Assembly: GCA_963761915.1 (NCBI GenBank)
Contig: CAVXIO010000004.1
Span: forward strand, 2,267 to 66,266
Direction of reading: 5' to 3'
Length of the DNA stretch: 64,000 nt
Origin: an uncultured Acidobacteriota bacterium
GTDB lineage: Bacteria; Acidobacteriota; Terriglobia; Terriglobales; Acidobacteriaceae
The notes under the pieces were generated by a model. The model ran no database searches. It worked only from the letters and a program-made list of their open reading frames with translations, and was not told the DNA's origin. Both the position numbers and the translations under genes were made by a program. Below are positions 31,375 to 41,260 of this stretch, piece after piece. Numbering within the stretch: the first letter of the stretch is position 1; every line of letters starts with the position of its first letter.

Positions 31375-34300
31375 ATGAATAGTGTTGTCATCAGCATGGT
31401 GGTGATTCCGGGCGTGGTTTCGATCTTGCTGTTCCTGGTATTCACCTACCTTTACGAGCAGAGCCGTCAGGCCTATTTCCGGGCATGGCAATGGGCTTGG
31501 GCTGCCTACTCGCTGCATTACATTCTCGACGCATTCTCCTTTTACCGCCGGCCATCCCTGCTAGCCTTTTTCGCCAGCTCTTTGTTTCTGGTGGCGATGG
31601 CGTTGTGCATCTTCGTTTCGACGCGGCTGATGCGCGGGCCATCGCGTTTTCTCTGGTATGACTCGGCGCTCGCCGCGGCTGGTATTGCGCTGGCCTGGTT
31701 CAACGTTCAAGCGCGTATGCAAGCCGGTTCGCTGCAGTCAACCGCACAACCGGCGATCGCACTCGACCTCGCAATCGCTGGAGTCCTGTTGTACTGTTCG
31801 GCAGTTTTTTACCTCAACGGCTACCGCAAGGGATCGCTTGCCTTCAAAGTGCTGGCCTTCGCGCTGGCTTTGTGGGCCGTGTTGATGGGCGCAGGCCAAT
31901 TCCGCGATCCCTGGGGTGCACGATTCGGTAGCGCCGCCAATTACCTTGGCCCCGTGCCGCAGATGCTGCTCGGCATCGCGATGGTAATGGTGCTGTTTGA
32001 AAATGAGCGCAATGCGGTACAGGAGAATACTCTCGCTCTCTCCACCTTAGGAGTCGATCCGCGCCGCTTACTCTCGGCCGACGACTTGCTCCCCAGCATG
32101 CAGTCAGCTCTCGACCGGTTGGCGGGCGCCCTATCGGCGCGGCGGGCAGTTATCTACATTTCGGAACGCTGGCGCGGTCTGTTGCCCTCGGTCGAGTGCG
32201 GATTTTCTTCCGAGTTTCTTGACGCTCTCACCAAAAGCGGCGCCGGGGAATATCTTTGCGAACTCGCCTACCGGCAAGGCGGCCTCTTCACGGTGCATGA
32301 CCTGGCGCATATGACCGAGCCAGTGGCTGTCGGCTCAGGCGGCGCATTCGCCAGGCTGAAGAAAGTTTTCACGGAAGCTGAAATCCGCAATCTCACTGCT
32401 GTGAGCCTGCAGACCCGCGAACATGCCTTCGGTGTGATTCTCTTTCCTCACGCCGAGCGCAAGGCGTTCGGCACGTCGGGCCCGCGTCTCATGGTCGGCT
32501 TGGCGCTGCAGCTCGGGCTCACGCTAGATAACTACTTGATCGCGCACGATGCTCATCGCCGCACCCAGGAATACGAATTGCTCACCCAGATCGGGCAGGC
32601 TATAAGCTCGCGCCTGGATCAGGACGAAGTTCTGCGCACCATCCACACCGAATTGGGGCAGATCTTTAACACCGATAATTTCTACATTGCGTTTCAAGAA
32701 GGCGACCAAATCCACTTTGAGCTGGAAGTGGAGGGTGGCCACATTCTCCCTAAGCGCTCCCGCAAACTGGAGAATGCGTTTACTGAGTACGTAATCCGCA
32801 CGGGCCAGCCGCTCTTCATACGGTCGGACCTGGAAAAAGAGCGCTTTCGGCTGGGCATCACCTACCGGCCAGAGCACCCCGCCAAGTGCCTGTGCGCAGC
32901 GCCCATTTTACTCGGCAATAAGCCTGCCGGCGTCATGGTAGCCATGAGTACGGAACGAGAATTTTTATTCGAACAGCGCGACTTGGACGTGCTTATGACC
33001 GCTGCCGGACAGGCCTCGGTCGCTGTGGAGAATGCACGCCTCTTCGCCGATGAGCAACGGCGCTCGCGGCAACTGGCGTTCCTCAACAATATTTCGCGCA
33101 CCGCCATTTCCAGTGACGACCCTGTCCACATGCTGGGACAAATCGTGGGGGAAATCCAAAAGAACTTCAGTTTTGACCATATCGGTATCGGCCTGCTTGA
33201 TTACGGAACCAAGGAGATCGAAATTAAAGCAGAGGCCGGCGCAACGGCCCATGCCATGGGCAAGCGGATTCCTCTCGGGATCGGAATTCTCGGCCGCGTA
33301 GCCCGCACCGGCGAACGGGCTCTGGTGCAGAACGGCCTGGAAGGACAAATTGGCGCGATCATGCCGGAGTCCCGCTCTGTGCTGTGCATTCCGATCACCT
33401 ATGGCGAGACGCTGCTGGGCGCGCTGAATATCGAAAGCCGCAACGAGAGCGCTTTTTCGCCCCAGGATGTTCTTATCCTTAACACTCTCGCAGACCTCCT
33501 GGCCACGGCCCTGCACAATGCTTTCGTATTCCAGAAACTGCAACAGCAGTCGATCACCGATGGCCTGACCGGAATCAAGACCCGACGCTTCTTCTGGGAA
33601 GCCCTATCTGCCGAATGGAAGCGTGCTTCCCGCTCGGGACGCCCATTCTCGGTCGTTCTGATAGATCTGGATAAGTTCAAGGAAGTGAACGACACCATGG
33701 GTCACTTTGAAGGCGACCTGGTGCTGGCTCGCGTGGGACGGCTGCTCGAGCAAAAGTCCCGCCAGTCAAACGTGGTCGCACGTTACGGCGGCGATGAGTT
33801 CATCATCCTCATGCCCGAGACCGGCGGGGAGCAGGCCCAGGTACTGGCTGAACGTTTGCGCCAATGGATTACCACCGACCCTATGCTCAGCGAACACCAC
33901 ATCACCGGTAGCTTCGGCGTGGCCAGTTTCCCCACCCATGGCTTCTCCGTGGAAGACATCATCCGCGTGGCCGACGCCGGCATGTATGTCTCCAAGCGTT
34001 CCGGCGGCAATCGCGTGTCGGCCGCCGAGGAATTCGCCGAGGGCGAAGAGTTTGCCTCCCAGCGCCAACAGATTTCCTCCTACATCGAAGGGTTTCTGCA
34101 GCGCGAGCACAACGGCCCCGAGCATCTGGAGGAACTGGCTTCGATGCTGGTGAAATTGTGTGGCGGCGAAGAAGACTGCAATGTGGCCCTGCTCAAGGAA
34201 TCGATCGAAGTTCTCAGCCGGGCCGCGGAATCCCGCGAACTGCGCACCTCAGGCCACGGCGATCTGGTAGCCCGCTATACCGAGATTGTGGCACGGGCGC

Positions 34301-34770
34301 TGCACCTGCCTACGGAGGAAACCGCCGATCTGGTCTACGCCGCTCGCATCCACGACGTTGGCAAGATCTTCGTGCCCGAACGCATTCTGAATAAGCCCGG
34401 CCCGCTCACCGACGACGAGTTTTTCCTGGTAAGAATGCATGCGCGTGTCGGCGCCGAGATCGCCGGCATCCTGCCCAACAGCGCCATGCTGCGCCTGGCC
34501 ATCGAGCATCATCACCAGCGCTTCGATGGCACCGGCTATCCCGATGGCGCCAAGGGTGAGCAGATTCCATTGTGGGCGCGCATCATCGCCCTTGCCGATG
34601 CCTACGCCAACATGCTGACCGAGCATTCCATCGCCGCAGCACGCACTCCGGAACAAGCGCTCGATGAACTCGCCAAGATGAGCGGCACCGGCTTCGACGG
34701 CATGCTGGTGCGCTTACTCTTGCGCGAATTGAAATCAGAACGCGCTTCCTCGGCAAAAGAGAGTTTCTAG
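31375..34770 (+). CDS. membrane-anchored GAF / GGDEF / HD-GYP multidomain c-di-GMP signalling protein (1131 aa)
   Basis: About 7 N-terminal hydrophobic segments and GAF-like repeats. Diguanylate cyclase signature RYGGDEFIILMPE with DTMGHFEGD. HD-GYP signature ARIHDVGKIFVP ... HHHQRFDGTGYPDG. Confidence 0.88.
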   Translation: MNSVVISMVVIPGVVSILLFLVFTYLYEQSRQAYFRAWQWAWAAYSLHYILDAFSFYRRPSLLAFFASSLFLVAMALCIFVSTRLMRGPSRFLWYDSALAAAGIALAWFNVQARMQAGSLQSTAQPAIALDLAIAGVLLYCSAVFYLNGYRKGSLAFKVLAFALALWAVLMGAGQFRDPWGARFGSAANYLGPVPQMLLGIAMVMVLFENERNAVQENTLALSTLGVDPRRLLSADDLLPSMQSALDRLAGALSARRAVIYISERWRGLLPSVECGFSSEFLDALTKSGAGEYLCELAYRQGGLFTVHDLAHMTEPVAVGSGGAFARLKKVFTEAEIRNLTAVSLQTREHAFGVILFPHAERKAFGTSGPRLMVGLALQLGLTLDNYLIAHDAHRRTQEYELLTQIGQAISSRLDQDEVLRTIHTELGQIFNTDNFYIAFQEGDQIHFELEVEGGHILPKRSRKLENAFTEYVIRTGQPLFIRSDLEKERFRLGITYRPEHPAKCLCAAPILLGNKPAGVMVAMSTEREFLFEQRDLDVLMTAAGQASVAVENARLFADEQRRSRQLAFLNNISRTAISSDDPVHMLGQIVGEIQKNFSFDHIGIGLLDYGTKEIEIKAEAGATAHAMGKRIPLGIGILGRVARTGERALVQNGLEGQIGAIMPESRSVLCIPITYGETLLGALNIESRNESAFSPQDVLILNTLADLLATALHNAFVFQKLQQQSITDGLTGIKTRRFFWEALSAEWKRASRSGRPFSVVLIDLDKFKEVNDTMGHFEGDLVLARVGRLLEQKSRQSNVVARYGGDEFIILMPETGGEQAQVLAERLRQWITTDPMLSEHHITGSFGVASFPTHGFSVEDIIRVADAGMYVSKRSGGNRVSAAEEFAEGEEFASQRQQISSYIEGFLQREHNGPEHLEELASMLVKLCGGEEDCNVALLKESIEVLSRAAESRELRTSGHGDLVARYTEIVARALHLPTEETADLVYAARIHDVGKIFVPERILNKPGPLTDDEFFLVRMHARVGAEIAGILPNSAMLRLAIEHHHQRFDGTGYPDGAKGEQIPLWARIIALADAYANMLTEHSIAAARTPEQALDELAKMSGTGFDGMLVRLLLRELKSERASSAKESF

Positions 34771-34831
34771 GTTCACGTCTTTAGCTTTCCACTTCGGTAA
34801 ACTGGAAGCGCAAACCCTGAAACTACCTTCC

Positions 34832-35614
34832 ATGTCCATTCCTCTTTCTCTCTCCGGCAAAGTTGCCCTCATCACGGGTGGTTCGCGCGGCATCGGCGCC
34901 GCCACAGTGCGCCTGTTTACCGCAGCGGGCGCGAAAGTTGTCTTCACCTATCAAAAGGCTCGGTCGCAAGCTGAAGCTCTCGCCAAGGAATGTGGCGAGG
35001 CCAACTGTCATGCGGTCCCGAGCAACCTCGACACCGCGGATTCTGCTCGTGCCCTGGTTGCGGAGACCGTCAAACATTTCGGCCGCATCGACATTCTCGT
35101 CGCTAATCACGGCGTGTGGCCTGTCCAGGACGTCCCTATCGAGAAGATGACCGACGAGCAATGGCGCTCCACACTCTCCATCAACCTCGACGCAGTCTTT
35201 GGCCTGGTCAAACACACGGTGGCGCAGATGAAGGCGCAACCGCGAACGGCCACTGCCGCCGGCCACATCGTGCTCATCAGTTCCACAAGCGGCCAGCGCG
35301 GGGAAGCTTTCCATTGCGATTACTCCGCCACCAAGGGCGCGCTCATCAGCATGGTCAAAACACTCTCCACTGAACTGGCCTCGTCGGGCATCTACGTGAA
35401 CTCAGTTGCACCGGGCTGGGTCGATACCGACATGACGAAGTCTGCGCTGGATGATCCCAACAGCGGCGAAGAAATTCGGCGCGAAATTCCCCTCGGCCGC
35501 GTCGGCAAGCCCGAGGAGATTGCAGGCCCCGTGCTGTTCTTGTGCACGGAATACGCCAGCTTCATCACCGGCGAGATATTCAACGTGAATGGCGGCTCCG
35601 TGCTCGCGGGCTAA
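34832..35614 (+). CDS. SDR-family oxidoreductase (FabG-like)
   Basis: GKVALITGGSRGIGAA (TGxxxGxG), the catalytic YSATKGAL motif, and C-terminal ITGEIFNVNGG. Confidence 0.88.
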   Translation: MSIPLSLSGKVALITGGSRGIGAATVRLFTAAGAKVVFTYQKARSQAEALAKECGEANCHAVPSNLDTADSARALVAETVKHFGRIDILVANHGVWPVQDVPIEKMTDEQWRSTLSINLDAVFGLVKHTVAQMKAQPRTATAAGHIVLISSTSGQRGEAFHCDYSATKGALISMVKTLSTELASSGIYVNSVAPGWVDTDMTKSALDDPNSGEEIRREIPLGRVGKPEEIAGPVLFLCTEYASFITGEIFNVNGGSVLAG

Positions 35615-35758
35615 CTGGGACGCGACAAGATCACCTCTGAGCAAGCCTGGGCGCGATTTTCTGCATCCAAGAGGACGGAACGCGCTGAAATCCCGAAGTT
35701 CGATTTCCAGCTACAATTCCCCTTCGATCCCCATGCCCATGTTGAATGTACCGGCCGA

Positions 35759-36619
35759 ATGAAACATCTAGTTCTCATCTTTGCACTTGCGATTGTGCCA
35801 GCGCTGCCTGTAGCGAGCAATCCTCTGGCTTTAACTCAGGCTGGCGCACAAACTTCAGCGGAATCTACCACCTCGCAAGGCCAATCCATTCCCGCGGATC
35901 AGGAAAACGCGCGCCACGCGCGATCGCTGGTGGATCAGGCTATCCAGGCCTTAGGTGGCCAGGCGTACCTTACCATCCATAACATGCAGCAGGAGGGCCG
36001 CACGTATAGCTTTTATCACGGCCGTCCTACCAGCAACGGCGTGCTGTTCTGGAGATTCGTCGAATATCCCGACAAAGAGCGCATCGAGGTCACCAAAGAG
36101 CGTGATGTGGCGTACCTTTATGCCGGCGACAAGGGTTATGAACTCACTTACAAGGGCCCACACCCCGTCGAAAAGAAGGAACTCGAGGACTATCTGCGGC
36201 GCCGCAGGTTCTCTCTGGAAACCATGCTACGCGTCTGGATCAACGATCCGAAGGTTGCCCTCTTCTTTGACGGTAACGCCTTGGCCGGCAACCTTCCGGC
36301 ACAAGAAGTCACACTGATCAACTCCAAAGACGAGGCCGTGCATCTCTTTTTCGACATCGAAACCCACCTGCCCATCAAGAAGAGCTTTACCTGGCGCGAC
36401 CCAGTCGACAAAGAGCGCAACCTCGAAGAAGAGATCTACGACAATTTCCGCCTCGTGCAAGGCGTGATGACCCCTTACGGATTCACCCGCTACTTCAACG
36501 GGGATATGCAAACCCAGCGCTTCGTGAACGCGGTGCACTACAACCAATCGCTCGATGAAGCCATGTTCGATCCCGATTCCCATTACAATCCGATCAAACC
36601 TCCGGGGAAGCACAAGTAG
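35759..36619 (+). CDS. hypothetical exported protein
   Basis: Signal peptide MKHLVLIFALAIVPALPVASNP. No motif recognised. Confidence 0.55.
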   Translation: MKHLVLIFALAIVPALPVASNPLALTQAGAQTSAESTTSQGQSIPADQENARHARSLVDQAIQALGGQAYLTIHNMQQEGRTYSFYHGRPTSNGVLFWRFVEYPDKERIEVTKERDVAYLYAGDKGYELTYKGPHPVEKKELEDYLRRRRFSLETMLRVWINDPKVALFFDGNALAGNLPAQEVTLINSKDEAVHLFFDIETHLPIKKSFTWRDPVDKERNLEEEIYDNFRLVQGVMTPYGFTRYFNGDMQTQRFVNAVHYNQSLDEAMFDPDSHYNPIKPPGKHK

Positions 36620-36781
36620 GACAGATTTCCCGCCCATACCAGCGCCTCACACGCATTCTTGACCCGTTAATCACCTAGGTTCGACATCGACATTCCGCCA
36701 CGTACTGTGGCTTTTTTGCCACAGTCCAAATTCGCCTCCTAGCTGTAATCTATTCATAAACCAAGACATACACAGGAGCCT

Positions 36782-37693
36782 TTGACGCAAGAGCAGACAA
36801 TTCGCTCGGCCGTGGAATGCAGCGGAATCGGCCTCCACAGCGGCGCTCCGGTCCGCATGCGCATTCTTCCCGCTCCTCCTGGAACTGGTATTGTTTTCCG
36901 CCGCGTCGATCTGGATGGCTTCGAAATCGAGGCCATCAGCCGCAACGTCGCCCGCGTCAGCTATGCCACCAGCCTCATGAAGAAAGGCGTGCTCATCTCG
37001 ACCACCGAGCACCTGCTCTCCGCCTTCATCGGCCTGGGCGTCGACAACGCCGTGGTGGAACTAGACAATCTCGAACTGCCAATTTTGGATGGCAGCGCGC
37101 TCCCCTTTGTTGAACTGATTCAAAAGGCGGGCATCCGCAAGCAGCGCCGGCCGCGCAAGTATCTCAGGATCCTTCGGGAAGTCGAGATGCGGGAAGGCAA
37201 CAAGTTTATCTCGGTCTATCCCGCCAACCGCTACTCGGTTTCCTACTCGATCAACTTCCCTCATCCGCTGATTGGCAAAGAAACCTTCCAGGTTGAGCTT
37301 TCCAACGGCAGCTACCTCCGCCACATCGCGGCAGCCCGCACCTTCGGCTCGCGGGCGGACGAAAAAGCCATGCGCAACATGGGACTGATCCGCGGCGCGT
37401 CGCGCGACAACTGCATCGTGCTCACTCGCGACGGAATCGAGAACGGGCCCTTGCGCTTTCCCGACGAGTTCGTCAGGCACAAGGTCCTGGATCTGGTTGG
37501 CGACCTCGCCCTCCTGGGCAAACCGATCCTGGGCAAGATCGCAGCCGATCGTGCCGGCCACGCCATGCACACCGCGCTAGTCTCGCGAATCCTCCGCGAC
37601 AAAACTCTGTGGGAGGAAGTAACCCAGCCCGAGGACGAAACAGAAAGCACCAGCCCCTACACCGCACAAGCCGCGGCCGGTTCGTCGCTCTGA
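36782..37693 (+). CDS. lpxC: UDP-3-O-acyl-N-acetylglucosamine deacetylase
   Basis: TIRSAVECSGIGLHSGAPVRMRILPAPPGTGIVFRRVDL aligns with the LpxC N-terminus, and HKVLDLVGDLALLG is conserved. TTG start, with an AGGAG just upstream. Confidence 0.9.
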   Translation: MTQEQTIRSAVECSGIGLHSGAPVRMRILPAPPGTGIVFRRVDLDGFEIEAISRNVARVSYATSLMKKGVLISTTEHLLSAFIGLGVDNAVVELDNLELPILDGSALPFVELIQKAGIRKQRRPRKYLRILREVEMREGNKFISVYPANRYSVSYSINFPHPLIGKETFQVELSNGSYLRHIAAARTFGSRADEKAMRNMGLIRGASRDNCIVLTRDGIENGPLRFPDEFVRHKVLDLVGDLALLGKPILGKIAADRAGHAMHTALVSRILRDKTLWEEVTQPEDETESTSPYTAQAAAGSSL

Positions 37694-37803
37694 CGTCCGG
37701 GCTAAAAATGCCGCCAGTCGCCCTGCGACAACATCCATCTAGCCCCGGACGTTAAGAAGAAGTCTCGAAGAGACGACACTTCCCAAGCACTCGAGGAATT
37801 ACC

Positions 37804-37832
37804 TTGACTTCGATCTCCGCGAGCAGTCTAAT
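37804..37832 (+). promoter_or_regulatory. sigma-70-like promoter motif in a gene-free AT-rich region
   Basis: TTGACT, a 17-nt spacer, then TCTAAT. No downstream CDS, so it would drive a non-coding transcript if it is active. Confidence 0.25.
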
Positions 37833-37892
37833 AGTTTTTTGAGCTTAGTTCTTTGACATAAGAATATCATTCGGCTAAGGCTAACTTCCGCG

Positions 37893-38104
37893 GAATCAAG
37901 ATTTTGCGCGCAACCCCATTTGTGGCCAATATTTTGCGGAATATCAGCGATGCGGCCACTGATTCCAAAGGACTTCGCCGAGGGCAATCCGGGCTAAGCC
38001 TTTTAGATCTGATATTTTGCGTGTAAGGCGTGCAGAATCAATATTTTAGCCGGATTCGTCCGGGATTGGTCCGCGCAACTAATTGATTCTAAATATTTTA
38101 CACG
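37893..38104. repeat. five dispersed copies of an (A)ATATTTTRC motif in an AT-rich convergent intergenic region
   Basis: The ATTTT core starts at 37901, 37931, 38014, 38043 and 38094. Two copies extend to GAATCAAKATTTTR. By hand count the region is about 45% G+C, well below the flanks. Confidence 0.5.
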
Positions 38105-38144
38105 ACTGATCCGAATCTTTTTTCGCGCCATCGCGTGAACGACC

Positions 38145-38381
38145 CTAGTCAGCTGGTTCGCACGGAATTTCGTCAACTTCGGAATCAGGCTCACGCTGTT
38201 CTTCGAGCAGCCGGCGTAGTTCTGCGCGAGTCTGGTCGACCAGCGCCGCGGCGAACTGATGGGCGGACCGCTGACGTTCCGCCGACAAATCCTTCACGCG
38301 CATTTTCAGCAACGGGATGTCCTCCTCAAACCAGCGCAGAGTTTTCTGCACGCGCCTGATGCGGTAGGTAGTAGGAAGCAT
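38145..38381 (-). CDS. hypothetical small coiled-coil protein (78 aa)
   Basis: ORF open to 38468. The ATG at 38381 has a GGAGA about 10 nt upstream. Charged helical sequence, no family recognised. Confidence 0.35.
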   Translation of the reverse strand: MLPTTYRIRRVQKTLRWFEEDIPLLKMRVKDLSAERQRSAHQFAAALVDQTRAELRRLLEEQREPDSEVDEIPCEPAD

Positions 38382-38503
38382 GGCAATGGCTCTCCAGTAA
38401 TCTAACCAGATTGCCATGCGCGCGCGCAGGCGCAAGTTACAAGATGAATACCCTCCGGCGTAAGGCAAGAGCGCAGAGAAAGGTTATTGAGCGACTTCGG
38501 AAG

Positions 38504-39211
38504 CTAGCCCGCGGCTCCGTTGGAGCCGGGAACCTGTTTTTTCACCAACTCGTTAAGCCATTTTTCTAGGTGTTCCTGGGCACCCGGCGCGACATTGCGA
38601 AAGCGCAATCCCACGTGTCCTTTCATATCGGCCCAAGCCACTTCCCCTTCGAGATCCAAGGCCGATTTAGTTTCAGGCAGCGTGAACTGCAAACGCGGTG
38701 CAATCCCCTTGGGCAGCGCCTGATGCAGCATGAGGGCGATTCCCCCCTCACTGATGTTCGTGCTGGTGGCTCTGATTTCCTTTTCGCCTGCGACAACTTT
38801 AACCAGCATTTTAACCGGCTGCCGATAATAGCGTCGCCGCTCTCGGACCATGAAATTGAGCGCCGCATTGAAGCAACGCGACGCATTCAGAGCGCTGATG
38901 GGCTTTTGCAGAACGAAGTTCACGCCCATGCCGAAAGCTTCCTGCGTGGTCGTCTTTTTTCCGTTAAGAACGGCAAAGGTCACCGTATTCTTGTTGCTGG
39001 GCGTGGCCCGCAGCCCCTGCAATACTTCCAGGCCGCCTCGCAGATCGTCGCAATCTACGATCACGGCATCGAACTTTTCCGCGAGCAGAATCTCCGTGGC
39101 TTTCTTCGCCTCCTGGCAGATCTCCACCTCGATCGACAGCTTTTCCAGCGTCGGCCGCAGAATGCGCAACACTTCAGTATCCCGGCTCAGAAGGAGAGAT
39201 TCCAACGTCAT
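38504..39211 (-). CDS. receiver-like domain + PilZ domain protein (c-di-GMP receptor)
   Basis: N-terminal CheY-like fold (FDAVIVDCDD ... LQKPI). C-terminal PilZ motifs RRRYYR and STNISEGGIAL. Confidence 0.8.
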   Translation of the reverse strand: MTLESLLLSRDTEVLRILRPTLEKLSIEVEICQEAKKATEILLAEKFDAVIVDCDDLRGGLEVLQGLRATPSNKNTVTFAVLNGKKTTTQEAFGMGVNFVLQKPISALNASRCFNAALNFMVRERRRYYRQPVKMLVKVVAGEKEIRATSTNISEGGIALMLHQALPKGIAPRLQFTLPETKSALDLEGEVAWADMKGHVGLRFRNVAPGAQEHLEKWLNELVKKQVPGSNGAAG

Positions 39212-39409
39212 CCTGCAATTCTAATATTCAGCGAAGCTCACCCAAAGTGACTAAAGTGACTAAAAGGGTCTAGGTTGAGTTTGAAGGAGTTGCGCATTGC
39301 AAGTTTGCCTATTGGAATCGCACCGCTATCCATTCTAAGTGCGCGTTCCGGGGCAAGAGAGCTTTCTAGTGGAAACCGGCAGAATAAAGCCTGAAACTAC
39401 TCCTGTGCC

Positions 39410-39913
39410 ATGCCTTCAATCGCCTATCTTTCTCTAGGATCAAACGTCGGGAACCGCGAGGCCCACCTGTGCGAAGCCCAAGACCGCCTGGATATGATTG
39501 GCCGGGTCGTGAAAGCCTCGTCTTTCTACGAAACCGAACCAGTAGACTTCACTCAACAGCCCTGGTTTCTGAATCGCGCCGTAGCACTCGAGACCAAAGA
39601 CACACCGCGGCAATTGATGGCTGCGATTCTCAGCATCGAAGAGGAGATGGGGCGGCGGCGCGTGCAGAAAAAAGGTCCGCGATCCATCGATATCGACATC
39701 GTGCTCTTCGATGACACCATCATGAAATCGAACGACCTCATAATCCCCCATCCCGCGATGCACGAGCGCCGCTTCGTCCTGGAACCTTTGGCGGAGATTG
39801 CGCCGGAAGTGTTACATCCGGTGCTCAAGAAGACAATTCGCGAACTGCTGGACGCACTGCCAGACGGGCAAGTCGTAAAGCGGGTATCTCGGACCTCGAC
39901 CGTCAAGGAGTGA
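39410..39913 (+). CDS. folK: 2-amino-4-hydroxy-6-hydroxymethyldihydropteridine diphosphokinase
   Basis: AYLSLGSNVGNR, FYETEPV, GPRSIDIDIVLFDD and IPHPAMHERRFVLEPL are HPPK hallmarks. Confidence 0.9.
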   Translation: MPSIAYLSLGSNVGNREAHLCEAQDRLDMIGRVVKASSFYETEPVDFTQQPWFLNRAVALETKDTPRQLMAAILSIEEEMGRRRVQKKGPRSIDIDIVLFDDTIMKSNDLIIPHPAMHERRFVLEPLAEIAPEVLHPVLKKTIRELLDALPDGQVVKRVSRTSTVKE

Positions 39914-39935
39914 CGAGCAACGACAAACGACAGAT

Positions 39936-40640
39936 CTAGGGCACAATGATCCGACTACCCGCTTCTTGTGGAGCGACCACGGACGATTGCTTCTCGGGAA
40001 ATTGCTCGAAGAGAAAGTCGATGAAAGCCCGCGATTTGGGCCGCCCTGATGTTCGCCCGTGGCCCAGTCGCACCAGGAAGACCAGTGCTTTAAGCACGTC
40101 GGAATCGCGCAACCTGGAGTATCCCAACTGCTTCTGCTCCGCATCGCGATATTGTTTCAACATTTCTTCCACTTGCCCCGCAACGGCATGCTGAGCCGTG
40201 CTGGTCAGCGGCTGCTCGTAATGCAAACCTGAGTTCACCAGCCGCTCATAGCTTACGCTCATTGCCGAGACCGCGGCGATCAGGTCGCGATCGTTCAAAC
40301 TGCGGTCGGAGTGCGCTGCCTGAGCCAGCGCGTAACTGAGGCCCATCAGCAGATGCTCATGCTCGTAAGTGAATTGATCTGAAATCTCAACTTGCAGGAA
40401 CAGTGATTCGCGGTCGAATTGGTCCGCGGGCCGCGGCTTCTCGTATTCGCGCGCCTGCCGCAGATAAGGACAATCGCTGGGACAATCGAGCGTCACCTCG
40501 CGCTGTTCGCCACAGCATTGCGGACAGATGCGGCCGTGCACCGCAGGACAGAAGCGCTTTTCCTTGCGAATCTCGCAGATCGCGCAGCTCAAATCGGAGG
40601 TTCTCCTCTTCAGCATTATGGCATTGAGCAAGACCACCAT
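39936..40640 (-). CDS. hypothetical Cys-rich (zinc-binding-like) protein
   Basis: N-terminal CAICEIRKEKRFCPAVHGRICPQCCGEQREVTLDCPSDCPY. The ORF track extends to 40895, but that overlaps the hup start/promoter, so I trimmed it to the ATG at 40640 (the ATG at 40616 is also possible). Confidence 0.5.
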   Translation of the reverse strand: MVVLLNAIMLKRRTSDLSCAICEIRKEKRFCPAVHGRICPQCCGEQREVTLDCPSDCPYLRQAREYEKPRPADQFDRESLFLQVEISDQFTYEHEHLLMGLSYALAQAAHSDRSLNDRDLIAAVSAMSVSYERLVNSGLHYEQPLTSTAQHAVAGQVEEMLKQYRDAEQKQLGYSRLRDSDVLKALVFLVRLGHGRTSGRPKSRAFIDFLFEQFPEKQSSVVAPQEAGSRIIVP

Positions 40641-40888
40641 AGGTCGGCACCCGTCTTTCAGCAATCCACGCGCGGCGCGTAGATAAGAGTTTCGCCTTAG
40701 GTAGTAACCTCTCTGATACTCATATTTGGGCCATTTTGGAACCCTCAACAGCAAACCACCATGTAAAAACGCTATTTTATGAGTGCTATCTGCATGGAAC
40801 CCGCGTAAAATAAGGGTGTTTTCCACAGGGCGCTGATGTAAGATCAGGCTCTCTGGAATTTCATTCCAATCTATTCCCAGGAGGAAAC

Positions 40889-41185
40889 ATGGCATCAGGT
40901 TTGACCAAGACTCAACTCGTCCGTCATCTGGCGGAGAAAACTGAACTTCCCAACAAGACGGTCGCAGGATTTCTTGAGCAGTTGGCTGACGTCGCTGTAA
41001 AAGAGACCAAGAAGAATGGCGTGTTCGTTGTGCCCGGCTTAGGCCGTTTAGTGAAGGCGCACCGCAAAGCGCGCATTGGCCGCAACCCGCAGACGGGCGA
41101 GCCGATTCAGATCAAGGCAAAGACCGTGGTAAAGTTCCGCGTCGCCAAGGCTGCCAAGGATGCGATCGCTCCCAAGAAGCCGTAG
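40889..41185 (+). CDS. hup: HU/IHF-family DNA-binding protein
   Basis: KTQLVRHLAEKTELPNKTVAGFLEQL ... RIGRNPQTGEPIQIKAKTVVKFR, with an AGGAGG Shine-Dalgarno. Confidence 0.9.
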   Translation: MASGLTKTQLVRHLAEKTELPNKTVAGFLEQLADVAVKETKKNGVFVVPGLGRLVKAHRKARIGRNPQTGEPIQIKAKTVVKFRVAKAAKDAIAPKKP

Positions 41186-41206
41186 TATTGACGTTAAGAT
41201 TGATTC

Positions 41207-41239
41207 CAAAGGCCGGCTCAAGCCGGCCTTTGATTTTCT
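41207..41239 (+). terminator. intrinsic terminator after hup
   Basis: CAAAGGCCGGC-TCAA-GCCGGCCTTTG followed by ATTTTCT. Confidence 0.8.
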
Positions 41240-41260
41240 GCTAGCATCGCACCTCGCTCT

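Noticed and set aside
37693-37753. Long-range 12-bp inverted repeat after lpxC as an intrinsic terminator
   Set aside because: The loop is 37 nt and no T-tract follows, so it does not fit a Rho-independent terminator.
37799-38194. Two minus-strand ORFs of 62-63 aa in the AT-rich island
   Set aside because: No Shine-Dalgarno, atypical composition, and they are built from the repeated ATATTTTRC motif. More likely non-coding.
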